A DNA stretch of 64,000 bases from Rubripirellula sp. Its GTDB lineage: Bacteria; Planctomycetota; Planctomycetia; Pirellulales; Pirellulaceae. Below the pieces are notes generated by a model. The model saw only the letters and a program-made list of their open reading frames with translations. It had not been told where the DNA came from and made no database searches. Where the stretch lies: contig OZ244207.1 of the NCBI GenBank assembly GCA_965216875.1, positions 608,001 through 672,000 of the forward strand, in the 5' to 3' direction. A program made the position numbers and the translations under genes. Shown here one piece after another: positions 47,051 to 58,172 of the stretch (the stretch's first letter is position 1; each line of letters begins with the position of its first letter).

Positions 47051-48239
47051 GAAATACAAGGGACGATCTGGTTACCGATACCAATTCACGGTCGGCGGTG
47101 TGCGGCGCTCGCTTTGGTTGGGCAAGGTGCCACGTCGAACAGCCGAAGAGATTGCCCGCAACGTCGACCGCCTCGCACTTGCTTGCGAGACGCAGACACA
47201 ACCACCTGTAGACGTTCAGCAGTGGGCGGTGAAAGTGTCCGGTAGACTTCGAGAAACGCTAGAGAAGTGGCAACTGATCGAGCCGTCGGTCGTATCGGCT
47301 CGTACACTAGCCGACTTCGCGTCAGCGTATATTGCCACGAAAACGGACGTGAAGGAGGCAACTCGCGAGAAGTACGGTCATACCAAGCGGATGTTGGTTA
47401 ACCACTTCGGACCGGATCGCACCATCGCGTCGATCACCAAGGCAGATTGTCAGCTGTGGTACCGATCGATGCTCCAGACGCACGCGGAGACCACGGCGGG
47501 CAAGCACGTGACCAGGGCACGCACCATCTTCCGATTTGCGGTCGATGGCAACATGATCTCCAGCAATCCATTGGATGGAATCAAGGTCAGCGACCAGATT
47601 GACCGCGACCGCGAGCACTACGTCACCCGAGACGATGCCGCCCGTATCCTCGAACACTGTGATCCCGAGCAAGGCGTCGCCTTTGCACTCGCTCGATTCG
47701 CCGGTCTCAGACCGTGTGAGTTGCTTAGGCTCACCTGGAGCGATATTCGCGAGGATCGGATTCGCGTTGATTCAGTCAAGACAGGTCTGCGTTGGATGAG
47801 ACTGGAACCGGACGTACGGAAGCAACTCGATCGGCTTCCTCTGCGTGAGGGTCGAATCCTCCGGCGTTGGTCGCCCGATGCGAATCTTGCAACCAATCTC
47901 AAGCGAGTCATCGAGCGAGCAAATGTGAAGCCATGGCCGAAGATGTTCGTCAACTGCCGAGCGTCGTGCAGGGGTGACTTGGAAGACCGGTTCCCTTCAT
48001 GGGTCTGCGACCTGCTGATGGGTCATTCGCAAGAGGTTGCGGACAAGCACTATCGCCGACTGCACGATGAGTATTTCGTGGTGCAACAGCCGGTGCGTCG
48101 TGCACCACTACCTAGTGATACTGAGGGATCGTGGTGCGAAGACCAGCCCGCAAATAGCGGTGCGGGCCTTGTTTCAGCTCCCCCGACAGGACTCGAACCT
48201 GTGACAAGGCGGTTAACAGCCGCCTGCTCTACCAACTGA
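47034..48239 (+). CDS. Tyrosine recombinase / integrase
   Basis: AGLRPCE, KTG, NCRAS, MGHS..HY; adjacent to tRNA-Asn. Confidence 0.92.
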   Translation: MGLRLEKYKGRSGYRYQFTVGGVRRSLWLGKVPRRTAEEIARNVDRLALACETQTQPPVDVQQWAVKVSGRLRETLEKWQLIEPSVVSARTLADFASAYIATKTDVKEATREKYGHTKRMLVNHFGPDRTIASITKADCQLWYRSMLQTHAETTAGKHVTRARTIFRFAVDGNMISSNPLDGIKVSDQIDRDREHYVTRDDAARILEHCDPEQGVAFALARFAGLRPCELLRLTWSDIREDRIRVDSVKTGLRWMRLEPDVRKQLDRLPLREGRILRRWSPDANLATNLKRVIERANVKPWPKMFVNCRASCRGDLEDRFPSWVCDLLMGHSQEVADKHYRRLHDEYFVVQQPVRRAPLPSDTEGSWCEDQPANSGAGLVSAPPTGLEPVTRRLTAACSTN

Positions 48240-48250
48240 GCTACAGGGGA
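48178..48250 (-). tRNA. tRNA-Asn(GTT), canonical; integration target
   Basis: TCCCCTGTAGCTCAGTTGGTAGAGC..GCGG-CTGTTAA-CCGC..GGTTCGAGTCC. Confidence 0.96.
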
Positions 48251-48410
48251 TTGGGTTCCCCGCGATTTCATCGCTGAAGAAGGGGGGAATGTACTTGAGC
48301 TTGCCGTCCGTCGCAAGGTGCGTTTTCAACGCTCAACCGCTCAAGTTTTTCCAGTCTAGCTTACGCTTTTCAAAGACAGCCCAATTTCAGCTGAGGTTCG
48401 CGGTGACCTC

Positions 48411-48791
48411 CTAGCTGACCGCAGCGTCCTCCGGCATCTCTACCGGCGACAGCAGCTCGAACATTCGCTCCAACCGCGTCAGCTTGAACACGTCTCGAAC
48501 ACTCGATTGGACGTTCGACAGTACCAGCCGGACGCCTTGATTGCGGGCCTTGCGGTTGATCCCAATCAACTCGTTCAATCCCACACTGCCGAGCCAGGCG
48601 ATTTCGCGGAAATCAAGATTCAGCGTTTCGAAGTCGACGATTCCGCCCCCATGATCACTCCCCTCGATCAAATCCCCCAGGTGTCGGCCAACTTCTTGGC
48701 ACGATGACATGTCGACAAAATCGTCCGGCGAAAACGTCACCGTCTTCTCCGCACCATCGACACGCACCCGGAATATCTCGGCGTGACTCAT
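48411..48791 (-). CDS. STAS-domain anti-anti-sigma factor
   Basis: LDFREIAWLGSVGL..VRDVFKLTRL. Confidence 0.88.
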   Translation of the reverse strand: MSHAEIFRVRVDGAEKTVTFSPDDFVDMSSCQEVGRHLGDLIEGSDHGGGIVDFETLNLDFREIAWLGSVGLNELIGINRKARNQGVRLVLSNVQSSVRDVFKLTRLERMFELLSPVEMPEDAAVS

Positions 48792-48977
48792 GAATCTTCA
48801 GCTACCTAGCTATCGCTCTGGAAGTACATCCGTGTTGCTATCACTACTTCTCGCAGCCTACAGGCCGATTTCGCCGATCGCAACGTTTCACCCCCGCCAG
48901 AACACCCTTTTTCGGGGACTGTTTTCGCTAAGGGCGGAATAGTTTCCGGAATCGGCAAGGTTACGCGCGGGGAAGGG

Positions 48978-49300
48978 GGGAACCACGAATCACTCGAATT
49001 ACGCGAATGGTTCGGGAACGTGGTGGAGGGACAACCACGGATTGCTCGGATCGATCGGATGAGAGATGGAGTGGGAGGAATGAGGGGAACCACGAATCAC
49101 TCGAATTGCACGAATGGGACTCGAGGGCGTGGTGATGGAGGAGGAGATGTGGAGGTGGGATGCCGCGGAGCGGCAGGGAGGTGTTCCCACGGGGGACCGT
49201 GGGAACGAGGTGGGGTGAGATGTGGAGGAGAGATGTGGAGGAGAGATGGCCGCGGAGCGGCAGGGAGGTGTTCCCATGGGGACCGTGGGAACGAGGTGGG
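48978..49300. repeat. Mosaic intergenic repeat cluster
   Basis: AACCACGAATCACTCGAAT units; two GCCGCGGAGCGGC..GTTCCCAYGG..CCGTGGGAAC units. Confidence 0.75.
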
Positions 49301-49310
49301 TGGCGGTTGG

Positions 49311-49934
49311 TTAGTTGCTGTTGGATCGTTGGGCAGTCTTGATCACGAACAGGTTCTGGTCGAAGAATTCCGTGACGACTCCTGAGACGGTCCATTTGTC
49401 GTCCGATGGGTCATCACGAATCGCCTCAACGACTCTCTGAAGCATCAGGTTTTCACAAACGAGCAACTGCGATGTGAGTCGATTGCCGAGCACCAAGTCG
49501 GCTTGCGGGTCGATCGGTCGCGCCGCGGCGCTCGATCCAGTGAAGAGATTGTTCGTTTGGTTCGCCGTTTCCGGTGGCGCCGCTTTTGCCGATTCAACGG
49601 AAGCTGGCAGGAAGGCCCAGCGACGTCCGATCATGACGACGCGACCTGCTGTCGGTGGCACAAGCGTTCCTTCACGAAGCTGCTTGACCTTCTTCTCTTC
49701 GTCGTCGTCATCTTTGTTCAACCGAGCCGGCTCCTCCTCTTCGACATCAAACGAAGAGGATCCGAACCCGTTGCCGCCGCGATCGAACGGATCTGACGCG
49801 ACCAATGGATCGGTCAGCAACAATGGCGACAGAAAGGTCAAGGTCGCGCAAGCTGCGATCAGCATGCGAAGGTTGGTCGTTGAATAACGCATCGGTGCTT
49901 TTGCCCAAACGATCAAGAGCGGCAGTAACAACAT
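49311..49934 (-). CDS. Hypothetical exported protein
   Basis: Hydrophobic N-terminus; ENLMLQRV..W.VSG.VTEF. Confidence 0.7.
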   Translation of the reverse strand: MLLLPLLIVWAKAPMRYSTTNLRMLIAACATLTFLSPLLLTDPLVASDPFDRGGNGFGSSSFDVEEEEPARLNKDDDDEEKKVKQLREGTLVPPTAGRVVMIGRRWAFLPASVESAKAAPPETANQTNNLFTGSSAAARPIDPQADLVLGNRLTSQLLVCENLMLQRVVEAIRDDPSDDKWTVSGVVTEFFDQNLFVIKTAQRSNSN

Positions 49935-50159
49935 GCAAAACGGCTTTGTTGTAGGGAAACGTGTGACACACGGGTCAGGTAAAAACGTTTCCAGCTTCCT
50001 TGCCGGTCATGGCACTCTTCGTGAGGCCTTGTTGGTTGGATTCCGCCAAATCCGATTGGTTGCGATCGGTCGCCTTTGCGTGGGAGGGTGACGACAAAGG
50101 CGACCGATCGCCAGCGTCCGCGGGAAGTTTTCGTGGCTGCGGACGCCGCGAGTGAACGA

Positions 50160-50456
50160 TCATTCGCCTCGGTATTTCGGGATCGAAAAGGCGTGCAGCG
50201 TGATCACCGCTCCAACGGCAAGCATCGCCAACCCAAGCCAACGCGGTGGGCGTACACGCTTCTTGGGGTTGGGGTACACAAACGAGATCATCGATCCAAC
50301 TCCGGAGTTGTCCGCCACCGGACCACTCTTGGTGACGCGGGCAAGCGTCTCGGTCGCACGTTCGTTGAGCACAAACGATTCAACCATTCGGAATTGGAGC
50401 CCCAGCAGGATCAACAAAATCCCGACGAGGAAATAGCGATTGCGATACATGGACAT
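50160..50456 (-). CDS. Small membrane protein
   Basis: Two hydrophobic segments. Confidence 0.75.
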   Translation of the reverse strand: MSMYRNRYFLVGILLILLGLQFRMVESFVLNERATETLARVTKSGPVADNSGVGSMISFVYPNPKKRVRPPRWLGLAMLAVGAVITLHAFSIPKYRGE

Positions 50457-50659
50457 GGGATCGACCCTCTGACTCTGCTACGAGCAACCTGTCGGATGCT
50501 TCGATTACCGGTGTAACAGTAGGCATCGACCCGATCACCGCACCATCTGGAAGACATCCGAGAGGTGATGGGTGAATCCAAACACGCCGGTCGTTTCTCA
50601 GCGAACGGTTTTGAGGGCAGTGCCGGATGTTCGAAGTGACAGTGGTTTGGTTTGGAGGG

Positions 50660-50945
50660 TGAAACCACGAATCGAACGGATGACACGAATGAAGAGGTGT
50701 GGTTGGTGCCGCGGAGCGGCGAGGAGGGTGTTACCACGGGGACCGTGGGAACAAGGTTCGGGATCGAAGGGATCGCGCGAATGAAGAGGATTGGTTCGTG
50801 CCGCGGAGCGGCGAATAGGGTGTTGCCACGGGGACCGTGGGAACAAGGTTGGGGTTGGGAGGGATCGCGCGAATGAAGAGGTTTGGTTGTGCCGCGGAGC
50901 GGCGAGAAGTGTGTTGCCACGGGGACCGTGGGAACAAGGTTTGGG
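50660..50945. repeat. Three tandem REP-like units of about 91 bp
   Basis: GTGCCGCGGAGCGGCG..CCACGGGGACCGTGGGAACAAGGTT three times. Confidence 0.8.
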
Positions 50946-50972
50946 ATGGGAGGGAGCGTGGGAGGATGCGTG

Positions 50973-51260
50973 TTATTGAAAGAGGTCGTCGACGAGGCCT
51001 CGCATTGAATCGCGGAAGCTTGCCAGTGACGCGTCTTCGAGGATTTCAGATTGATCGCTCTTCATGATCGCGGCCGCAAGCGGCTTGTGCTGCTGCCAGT
51101 CACTGAGATTGTATTGGCGAACGTCGACGTACACGTCTTTCAAGTTGTTGGAAACCTTAGGCACAAGCGATGTGCCGTTGTTGGTGCGCACGATGTGGTA
51201 ATGCATCGCGATGTACAACATGAACGCGCCGCAAAGCATCCCTGCAATAAACTGTTTCAT
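50973..51260 (-). CDS. Small hypothetical protein
   Basis: N-terminal hydrophobic segment; YHIVRT..VPK..YVDVR. Confidence 0.72.
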   Translation of the reverse strand: MKQFIAGMLCGAFMLYIAMHYHIVRTNNGTSLVPKVSNNLKDVYVDVRQYNLSDWQQHKPLAAAIMKSDQSEILEDASLASFRDSMRGLVDDLFQ

Positions 51261-51419
51261 AACGTCGTTTCACATTCGTGAGCGTTGAAAAACCTGTCAG
51301 TCCGTTTGTAGTGGGCAACGACCGCCTGAGACAAGAGAAGGATCGCCGCTGCAGAGGAGTTCGCGTGAGCCGACGTCAAATGCCGCATCGGTGAATTGCG
51401 CGTGGTGCTGAAGAGCGCG

Positions 51420-51745
51420 TGGTTGAGAAAGGGTTGAGAAAGGGTTGAGAAGGGAGGAAGTGGGTGGGGCGGAAGGGGAAGGGGTGGATGGCCACGAAAA
51501 ACGCGAAGAGCCACGAAATGGAAAGAAGGTGGTTGGGTGGAATCGGGGACTCGTGGCCTCGTCCACTACTGAAGAGGTGGGGTGAAAGGGGGAAGGGGGA
51601 TGGCCATGAAAAGCACGAAGAGTCACGAAAAGAAAGGAGGGTGGTTGGGTGAAATCGGGGACTCGTGGCCTCGTCCACTACTGAAGAGGGTGGGCGGTTG
51701 GGAGGTGGTTGAGCGCGTGGGGACTCGTGGCCTCGTCCACTACGG
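51420..51745. repeat. REP-like cluster
   Basis: GGACTCGTGGCCTCGTCCACTAC three times; GGTTGAGAAAG tandem; duplicated block of about 112 bp. Confidence 0.75.
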
Positions 51746-51762
51746 GGGTGTTGGACGACGTG

Positions 51763-52257
51763 TTATTGGGTTCGCAGTTGGCGTTGGTGTTCGTAGAGGA
51801 GGATGCCGGCGGTGGTGGCGAGGTTGAGACTTCGGACTTCGGGTTGCATCGGCAACCGGAGCGCTCGCGGGTCGCTGGGGTCGAGGATTGATTCGGGCAA
51901 GCCGGATGTTTCGCGGCCAAAGACGAATACATCACCCTGTTGAAAGTCGGCGTCCCAGACTTCGCGTTTGGCGAACTTGGAAAGAAAGTAAAACCGTTTG
52001 CCGGAGAGTTTTTCAGTCAGCTCTTCCCAATTCTTGGTGTCTTCGAACTGCAGATGTTGCCAGTAATCGAGGCCGGCGCGACGCAGTTTGGCGTCGTCAA
52101 GCTGGAAGGAGGCTGGTCGCACGATCCAAAGTTTGGCCCCCACCGCGACACAGGTGCGTCCGATGTTGCCCGTGTTTTGGGGGATCTCGGGCTGATACAG
52201 CACAACGTGTGCTGTTGGTTCGGTTTGGTCCGGCTGGGGGTGATTTGTCTGCGACAT
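51763..52257 (-). CDS. trmL: tRNA (cytidine/uridine-34-2'-O)-methyltransferase
   Basis: PEIPQNTGNIGR, RRAGLDYW, FGRETSGL, RSLNL. Confidence 0.93.
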   Translation of the reverse strand: MSQTNHPQPDQTEPTAHVVLYQPEIPQNTGNIGRTCVAVGAKLWIVRPASFQLDDAKLRRAGLDYWQHLQFEDTKNWEELTEKLSGKRFYFLSKFAKREVWDADFQQGDVFVFGRETSGLPESILDPSDPRALRLPMQPEVRSLNLATTAGILLYEHQRQLRTQ

Positions 52258-52456
52258 GGCTGCGATTTTAGGAATTACAATCGTGACCACCACCCGCAGT
52301 GGGTTGCGAGGGCGATGTGTGGCGTGACAAACTGTCGCCCAACTCCAGGCCCCTATTCATCAATGCGGACGATTCTTCAGTCGGTGACTGTAGCCTGCTG
52401 ACGAACAACAGGCCCTATTCGATCGTCCTCGGACAGTTCAGCGAAGATTCTATTTC

Positions 52457-53152
52457 ATGCCGATTCAAGTCACCTGTGCGAATTGTCTGAAGCGGTTTCA
52501 AGTCAGCGATAAATTTGCCGGCAAGACGGGGGCATGCCCGAACTGCAAAAAGGAAATCAAGGTTCCTGATGCGTCGGAACAGGTTGTCATCCACGCGCCC
52601 GACGACGGCGCTCCGAAAGATCGCGACGGCCGCAGTGTCCTCAAGCCGCTCGAGCGCAAGGAAACCGATGTCACTCGAAAGGGCCTGCTGCTGACCGGCG
52701 GTGCGATCCTTGCTGCGTTCGGGATTGCCGCTGGGTTTCGATTCGCGGGCGATGGCACCGGAGCCCCACTTTGGTCTCAAATCATTGGCTTGATCCTGAT
52801 GGCGCCGCCATTGGTGTGGGCCGGTTACACCTTCGCGCGTGAACAAGAACTCGAAGCCTTTACCGGCAGCGAACTGAGAATGCGCGTGTTGATCGTGTCG
52901 GCAATCTTCGCGGCACTCTGGTTGATCTACGCTTTCGTGCCAGCCTACGTCTTCGAACTCAACGCCGCCAATGAGATGTCGTTCATGGTCTTTGGCGTCA
53001 CGGTTGCGATCATGATCGGGATCGGCGCGTTTGCTTCTGCTGGTACGTTTGAGCTTGAGTTCACCGGCGGACTGGTCCTCTCAGGACTCTACTACATTGC
53101 GACGATCGTCCTTGCGGTAACCGCTGGCGTGAGTCTTGCCGTGCTGGAGTAG
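52457..53152 (+). CDS. Membrane protein with N-terminal zinc ribbon
   Basis: CANC..CPNC plus several TM helices. Confidence 0.8.
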   Translation: MPIQVTCANCLKRFQVSDKFAGKTGACPNCKKEIKVPDASEQVVIHAPDDGAPKDRDGRSVLKPLERKETDVTRKGLLLTGGAILAAFGIAAGFRFAGDGTGAPLWSQIIGLILMAPPLVWAGYTFAREQELEAFTGSELRMRVLIVSAIFAALWLIYAFVPAYVFELNAANEMSFMVFGVTVAIMIGIGAFASAGTFELEFTGGLVLSGLYYIATIVLAVTAGVSLAVLE

Positions 53153-53330
53153 CGGCGGCGATTCGAATAGGCTTGTCGGCAAAGAAATGGACTGAGTTTG
53201 TGATTTGCTTGGCTGGTGATTGTCCGTCGCAATCGAGTTTGCGAGTAGACGGGGTGATCGAGTGGGCAGGGTCATCGTTGGGCGGGTTGATCGAGCTTGG
53301 TGTTTGAGTAGGGAAAGTCGAACCGGAATC

Positions 53331-54707
53331 ATGCTACCTGAAGTTGCCGCACTGTTTTCGTTGGGATCTTTGGACAAGTCGGAAGGTCCCGCGTCGCTGG
53401 TGCGAATCCCACCTGAAAATGACGTGCCGATGACTCCGCGGATTCGGCGTTTGATCGACACTCCACCGATGAGACGCTTGGCATCGATCAGCCAGCTTGG
53501 GATGGTCGCGCTTGTTTATCCCGGAGCGACCCATTCACGGCTCGAGCATACTTTGGGCGTTTACCACAACGCGCTGCGTCTGTTGGCACGGTTGTCCAAA
53601 GATGATGCGTTCACTGCGGTGGTTGACCGTCGCGCCGCAGAAGCCTTTGTCTTGGCCGCGCTGCTACACGATGTCGGACACTGGCCGTTTTGCCACCCGA
53701 TCGAAGACATGTGCCTCGATCAACTGGGCGAACACGAAGCGCGCGTCGCCGGATGGCTGGAACAGAGCGAGCTTGCTGAGTGCATCGAAGAGGATTGGGA
53801 GTGCGACCAAACGGATGTGTTGACGCTGCTGGGAGTCGGCCCGGAGAGTGATTTCAATACGGACCAAGCTTCCGCGCTACTGGCGAGTTGTTTGAGTGGT
53901 CCGATCGATGTCGACAAGATCGACTACTTGCAACGCGACAGCCTGCATGCCGGCGTTCCCTACGGACGAAACTTTGACGTCGGCCGGTTGATCAATTCGA
54001 TGTGCGTGCACCCGAACAAACCTCAGTTGGCGGTCGGCGAAAAGGGCCGCACTGCCGCGGAGATGATGGTCTTTTCACGCTACATCATGTTCAGCGAAGT
54101 TTATTGGCATCACAGCGTGCGGGCAGCAACCGCAATGCTGCAGCGGGCTGTGTTTCTTTTGCAACATCGCATCGATATCGAAGCATCCTTGCGACTCGAT
54201 GACGCGGCATGGATTTCCATGATCCGCAGGATGGCCGAAGGAAGTGTCGCCGAACCGTTGGTCGAAGGCATTTTTGGGCCCAAGCGTCAGCTCTACAAAC
54301 GGGTCGCCGAATACAACGTGATCGACGGCGGCGAAATCCACGCCAAGCTCGCTCGACGTCCCTATTGGTGGTTGGTCGCTTGCGCCGAAAAACTCGCTGG
54401 CCAACTTTCTCGAGCCAGCGGCGTGATGGTCAGTCCGGCCGACGTTTTGATCGATGCCCCCCCGGTCAAGCTGGAAGTCGACATTAACATCGACGTGGTC
54501 GGTCGAAAGAGTGATGTCGCAACGGTACACTCGCTGGAAGCGGTCTCGCCGGTCGCCTCGGCGTTGGCGAAGACCCAATTTGATGACCAAGTGAAACGTG
54601 TTCGCGTTTTTGTTCGCCAAGAACTGCGAAGCGAACTCGATGGCCGCGTCGATTGGCATGCCGTTGTCAACGATTCGGTGGCCGAAGCGGAAAGTGACAT
54701 CGCATGA
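53331..54707 (+). CDS. HD-domain phosphohydrolase
   Basis: YPGATHSRLEH, LHDVGH.PF.H, DVDKIDYL.RD, VYWH. Confidence 0.9.
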   Translation: MLPEVAALFSLGSLDKSEGPASLVRIPPENDVPMTPRIRRLIDTPPMRRLASISQLGMVALVYPGATHSRLEHTLGVYHNALRLLARLSKDDAFTAVVDRRAAEAFVLAALLHDVGHWPFCHPIEDMCLDQLGEHEARVAGWLEQSELAECIEEDWECDQTDVLTLLGVGPESDFNTDQASALLASCLSGPIDVDKIDYLQRDSLHAGVPYGRNFDVGRLINSMCVHPNKPQLAVGEKGRTAAEMMVFSRYIMFSEVYWHHSVRAATAMLQRAVFLLQHRIDIEASLRLDDAAWISMIRRMAEGSVAEPLVEGIFGPKRQLYKRVAEYNVIDGGEIHAKLARRPYWWLVACAEKLAGQLSRASGVMVSPADVLIDAPPVKLEVDINIDVVGRKSDVATVHSLEAVSPVASALAKTQFDDQVKRVRVFVRQELRSELDGRVDWHAVVNDSVAEAESDIA

Positions 54708-55474
54708 CGACGGAACCGACGCAAATGCAGAAATGCCAACCTACGATTGTGGTTTGCGAAACCGCGGCCGAGGCTTCCGGCAAAGTCGCCGGAATGATCG
54801 CCGACGTGATTCGCAGTAAACCGCACCCGGTGCTTGGTCTGGCCACTGGCGGCACCCCCGTCCAGACCTACGCCGAGTTGGTACGGATGCACCGTGAGGA
54901 AGGGCTCGACTTTTCGGAGACCTCGACCTTTAACCTCGACGAGTACATTGGCCTGGCGCCCGAGCATCACCAAAGCTATCGCCAATTCATGCAGGGGCAG
55001 CTGTTTGACCACGTCAACATCGACGTCAGTCGAACGCATGTGCCCAATGGACTCGCGAGTGACCCGTTGGCGCACGCGGTTGAATACGAGGGTTTAATTT
55101 CCGCAGCGGGCGGCATTGATTTGCAACTGTTGGGGATTGGCCACAACGGTCACATCGCCTTCAACGAACCGGGATCGCCGATCGATTGTCGCACGCGTGT
55201 TGTCGACCTTGCTCAGCAAACGATCGACAAGAATGCGCGTTTCTTCGAATCGGCCGACGATGTGCCGAGGTCGGCGATCACGATGGGCATTGGCACGATC
55301 CTCGAAGCCAAACGTATCGTCTTGTTAGCGTGTGGCGAGGGGAAAGCGGAAGCGATCTATCGCACGATCGAACAACCGCCGACGGAAGATCACCCGGCAT
55401 CTCTTCTTCAGCACCATGGTGCTGTCACGATCGTTGTCGACGCACCAGCGGCAGCCAAACTTGCCTTGCAATAA
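54704..55474 (+). CDS. nagB: Glucosamine-6-phosphate deaminase
   Basis: LGLATGGTP, FNLDEY, GIGHNGHIAFNEPG. Confidence 0.95.
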   Translation: MTTEPTQMQKCQPTIVVCETAAEASGKVAGMIADVIRSKPHPVLGLATGGTPVQTYAELVRMHREEGLDFSETSTFNLDEYIGLAPEHHQSYRQFMQGQLFDHVNIDVSRTHVPNGLASDPLAHAVEYEGLISAAGGIDLQLLGIGHNGHIAFNEPGSPIDCRTRVVDLAQQTIDKNARFFESADDVPRSAITMGIGTILEAKRIVLLACGEGKAEAIYRTIEQPPTEDHPASLLQHHGAVTIVVDAPAAAKLALQ

Positions 55475-56551
55475 TAATGCCGTTGTAAGTGCGGGTCACT
55501 TTGACGGCCTACGCTTAAACAGAGAGACAATCTGACGGCGCGGTCCGTCGATCAAGGGAGAAGCCGCTTGCGCGGTGATCACTCATCGCGTCAGATTGCA
55601 AGAATCTACTCGCGTGCTGAAGACGCGTTACATCGAGAAGGGTGCACAGGGCGGTTGTTCGCAATTAACGGCTGCGAAGATGATTCATCCTGTGTTTCCC
55701 TCTCGGGGTAACGTGTTTGCAATGCGTGAGCCGCCGGCCGCGAAGGCCTCGGGCCTTTGCCGATGCGCAGTGAGTTCAATGCCCGGCCGCTTACGCGATC
55801 ACGGCTCAAATGAGTCGATGGGGCGTTGCGGTGAAGTAGAAACCGGTGGCTAGCGCCATACGGCTCATTGTTCGGGACGCTAGCGCGAGAGAGTTCCTGC
55901 GAGCGTTCGCGACCGGGCACGATCATGTACCCGGTCCGTGAGGTTTGTTGACAACTTTGAAACTCCTGTTTCGCCGCTGTCGACGGTTGTCAGCCCGTGG
56001 CCGCAAGCTGACTCCGCTAACCCCACGCAAGGCGAACTCGCGGAAGACGTGACCGCTGCCGAAACCGCCAGAAAGCGGTTATCCTTGGCAACGTAAGTTG
56101 ATTGCTGTCATAGACTTGCAATCAAATGGTCGCTGTTTTGTGAGGAGTCGAAAAAGGGCACGACCCCTTCAGAGCCGTGCCCGATCCATCGACAGCGTTA
56201 GGGTACGTTCTGGGCAGCAAGGGTCAACCGCAGATTTGTGAATTGACTGGCCGCCCGAGGGCCGTGTTGCGGTAAAACGTTGACCGGGAGCGGTTTAAAA
56301 AATTTGCCCTTTTTGGAGCCAAATCTCCTCCCCCCTCGCTGCCGCACCTCGCCCCCTACCGAAACACCCACGCAGAGGGGGTGCGACACGGTTGCCCAAC
56401 CCCCAATTTTTGCTCCGCGCGAGGGTACTCGCCGTCGACTGGCCGCGATACTCTAGGCCCTTTGCTAGCTTCGCAGAGCCCGCCAGGCCGCCTTCTGGCG
56501 AGGTCGCCGCAAGCCTCGGAAAATCAACGGAAGAACAAAAGGAATGTCCGG

Positions 56552-58033
56552 ATGGCCGACCCCGTGCATCTAGCGGTCGATTTGGGAGCGTCGAGCGGTC
56601 GCGTGATTGCGGGATCGGTTCAAGAGGGACGACTCGTTCTCGAAGAGGTGCATCGGTTTGCCAATGATCCGGTCCGCGTCCAAGACACAATGCAGTGGGA
56701 CCTGCTTTCGTTGTGGCGTGAGATCATCGAAGGCCTGCGAAAAGCAGCCAGCAAGTACGACGTGGTCGAGTCGGTCGGCGTGGATACTTGGGGTGTCGAT
56801 TATGTCTTGTTAGACAACCAAGACATTCAAGCCGGTCCCGCACGACATTACCGCGACGCACGGAATCGTGGCATGGTTGAAAAGGCTTTCGAGACCGTGC
56901 CGCGCAGCGAGATCTTCGACGCGACTGGTTTGCAGTTTATGGAGATCAACTCGCTGTACCAGTTGGTCGCCGCAGTGCAGCTGAAAGAAACCTCTTTGCA
57001 AACTGCCGATGCGTTTCTGATGATCGGCGACTTCTTTCATTGGTTGTTAACGGGGCGTCGCAGCATCGAAGCGACCAACGCTTCGACCACACAGTTGCTT
57101 GACCCACGCACGAAGCAGTGGTGTGACGATCTGTTCGAACGCTTTGGCATCCCGCGGAAGATTTTTTCGGACGTTGTGGAGCCGGGGACAACGCTCGGTC
57201 CTGTCCAACCTTCGGTTGCCTCGCAAACCGGTCTCGACAACGTCCCCGTGGTGATCCCGGCGACGCATGACACGGCATCCGCAGTGCTTGCTGTTCCCGC
57301 AGATGAGTTTGCGCCTCAGACACCATCGTGGTGTTACATCAGTTCGGGAACCTGGTCGTTGATGGGTTGTGAACTTGACCAACCGATGATCAACGACACC
57401 TGTTCCGAGCTGAACTTCACCAACGAAGGTGGTGTGTTTGGCAGCACACGGCTGCTCAAGAACATTGGCGGCCTGTGGGTCTTTCAACAGATCCGCAAAT
57501 CGATGCAGCGTCGTGGCAACGATGTTTCGTGGGACGAAATGGTCACCCAGGCGAAAGCGGCAACAGCGTTCGAGGTGTTGGTCAATCCTGACGATCCGCT
57601 TCTGGTTGCTCCCGATGACATGGTGGACGCCATCGACGAACTCGCCCAAAAGACGGGCCAGGCGAAACCGAGCGCCGAGGGAGTTTACTACCGCGCGGCG
57701 TTGGAAGGATTGGCTCTTCGCTACCGAGTGTGCTTGGGGATGCTCGAGTCCCTTGTCGGCGACCGGATCGAGACGATTCACATTGTTGGCGGCGGGTCAC
57801 TGAATCGCTTGCTTTGTCAAATGACCGCCGACGCGTGCAACCGAACGGTCGTTGCGGGTCCGGTGGAGGCGACGGCGATTGGCAACCTTGCGATGCAGTT
57901 GATTGGAGTCGGGAAACTCGACTCGGTGAACGAAGCGCGGAAATTGATCCGCGAATCGTTTGACGTCGAAACCTACACGCCTCGGGAAGCCGCAAGCTGG
58001 GACGAGCCCGCCGCGCGGTTTGCGGAGTTGTAG
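56552..58033 (+). CDS. rhaB: Rhamnulokinase
   Basis: AVDLGASSGRV, GVDTWGVD, HDTASAV, ISSGTWSL, GPVEATA. Confidence 0.9.
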   Translation: MADPVHLAVDLGASSGRVIAGSVQEGRLVLEEVHRFANDPVRVQDTMQWDLLSLWREIIEGLRKAASKYDVVESVGVDTWGVDYVLLDNQDIQAGPARHYRDARNRGMVEKAFETVPRSEIFDATGLQFMEINSLYQLVAAVQLKETSLQTADAFLMIGDFFHWLLTGRRSIEATNASTTQLLDPRTKQWCDDLFERFGIPRKIFSDVVEPGTTLGPVQPSVASQTGLDNVPVVIPATHDTASAVLAVPADEFAPQTPSWCYISSGTWSLMGCELDQPMINDTCSELNFTNEGGVFGSTRLLKNIGGLWVFQQIRKSMQRRGNDVSWDEMVTQAKAATAFEVLVNPDDPLLVAPDDMVDAIDELAQKTGQAKPSAEGVYYRAALEGLALRYRVCLGMLESLVGDRIETIHIVGGGSLNRLLCQMTADACNRTVVAGPVEATAIGNLAMQLIGVGKLDSVNEARKLIRESFDVETYTPREAASWDEPAARFAEL

Positions 58034-58172
58034 TGTTTTCGCCGCGATACATGGGGCTTTGGACGTTTGCCGCCGATTGACTCGGTCGGTTGCGTCGACT
58101 TTAACGCACCCTCCGCGCAGAGCCGGTTGCGTAGTAGATTTGCAGTTTCAATTCACGGGAGAAAAAGCCGCC

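Larger units (their letters stand above)
37284..48190. mobile_element. Integrated element 1 at tRNA-Asn, with intact integrase
   Basis: AGCTCCCCCGACAGG at 37283-37297 matches the tRNA-Asn 3' end at 48176-48190. Confidence 0.85.

Noticed and set aside
50660..50945. CRISPR array
   Set aside because: Intervening segments resemble each other, repeats are long REP-like palindromes, and no cas genes are present
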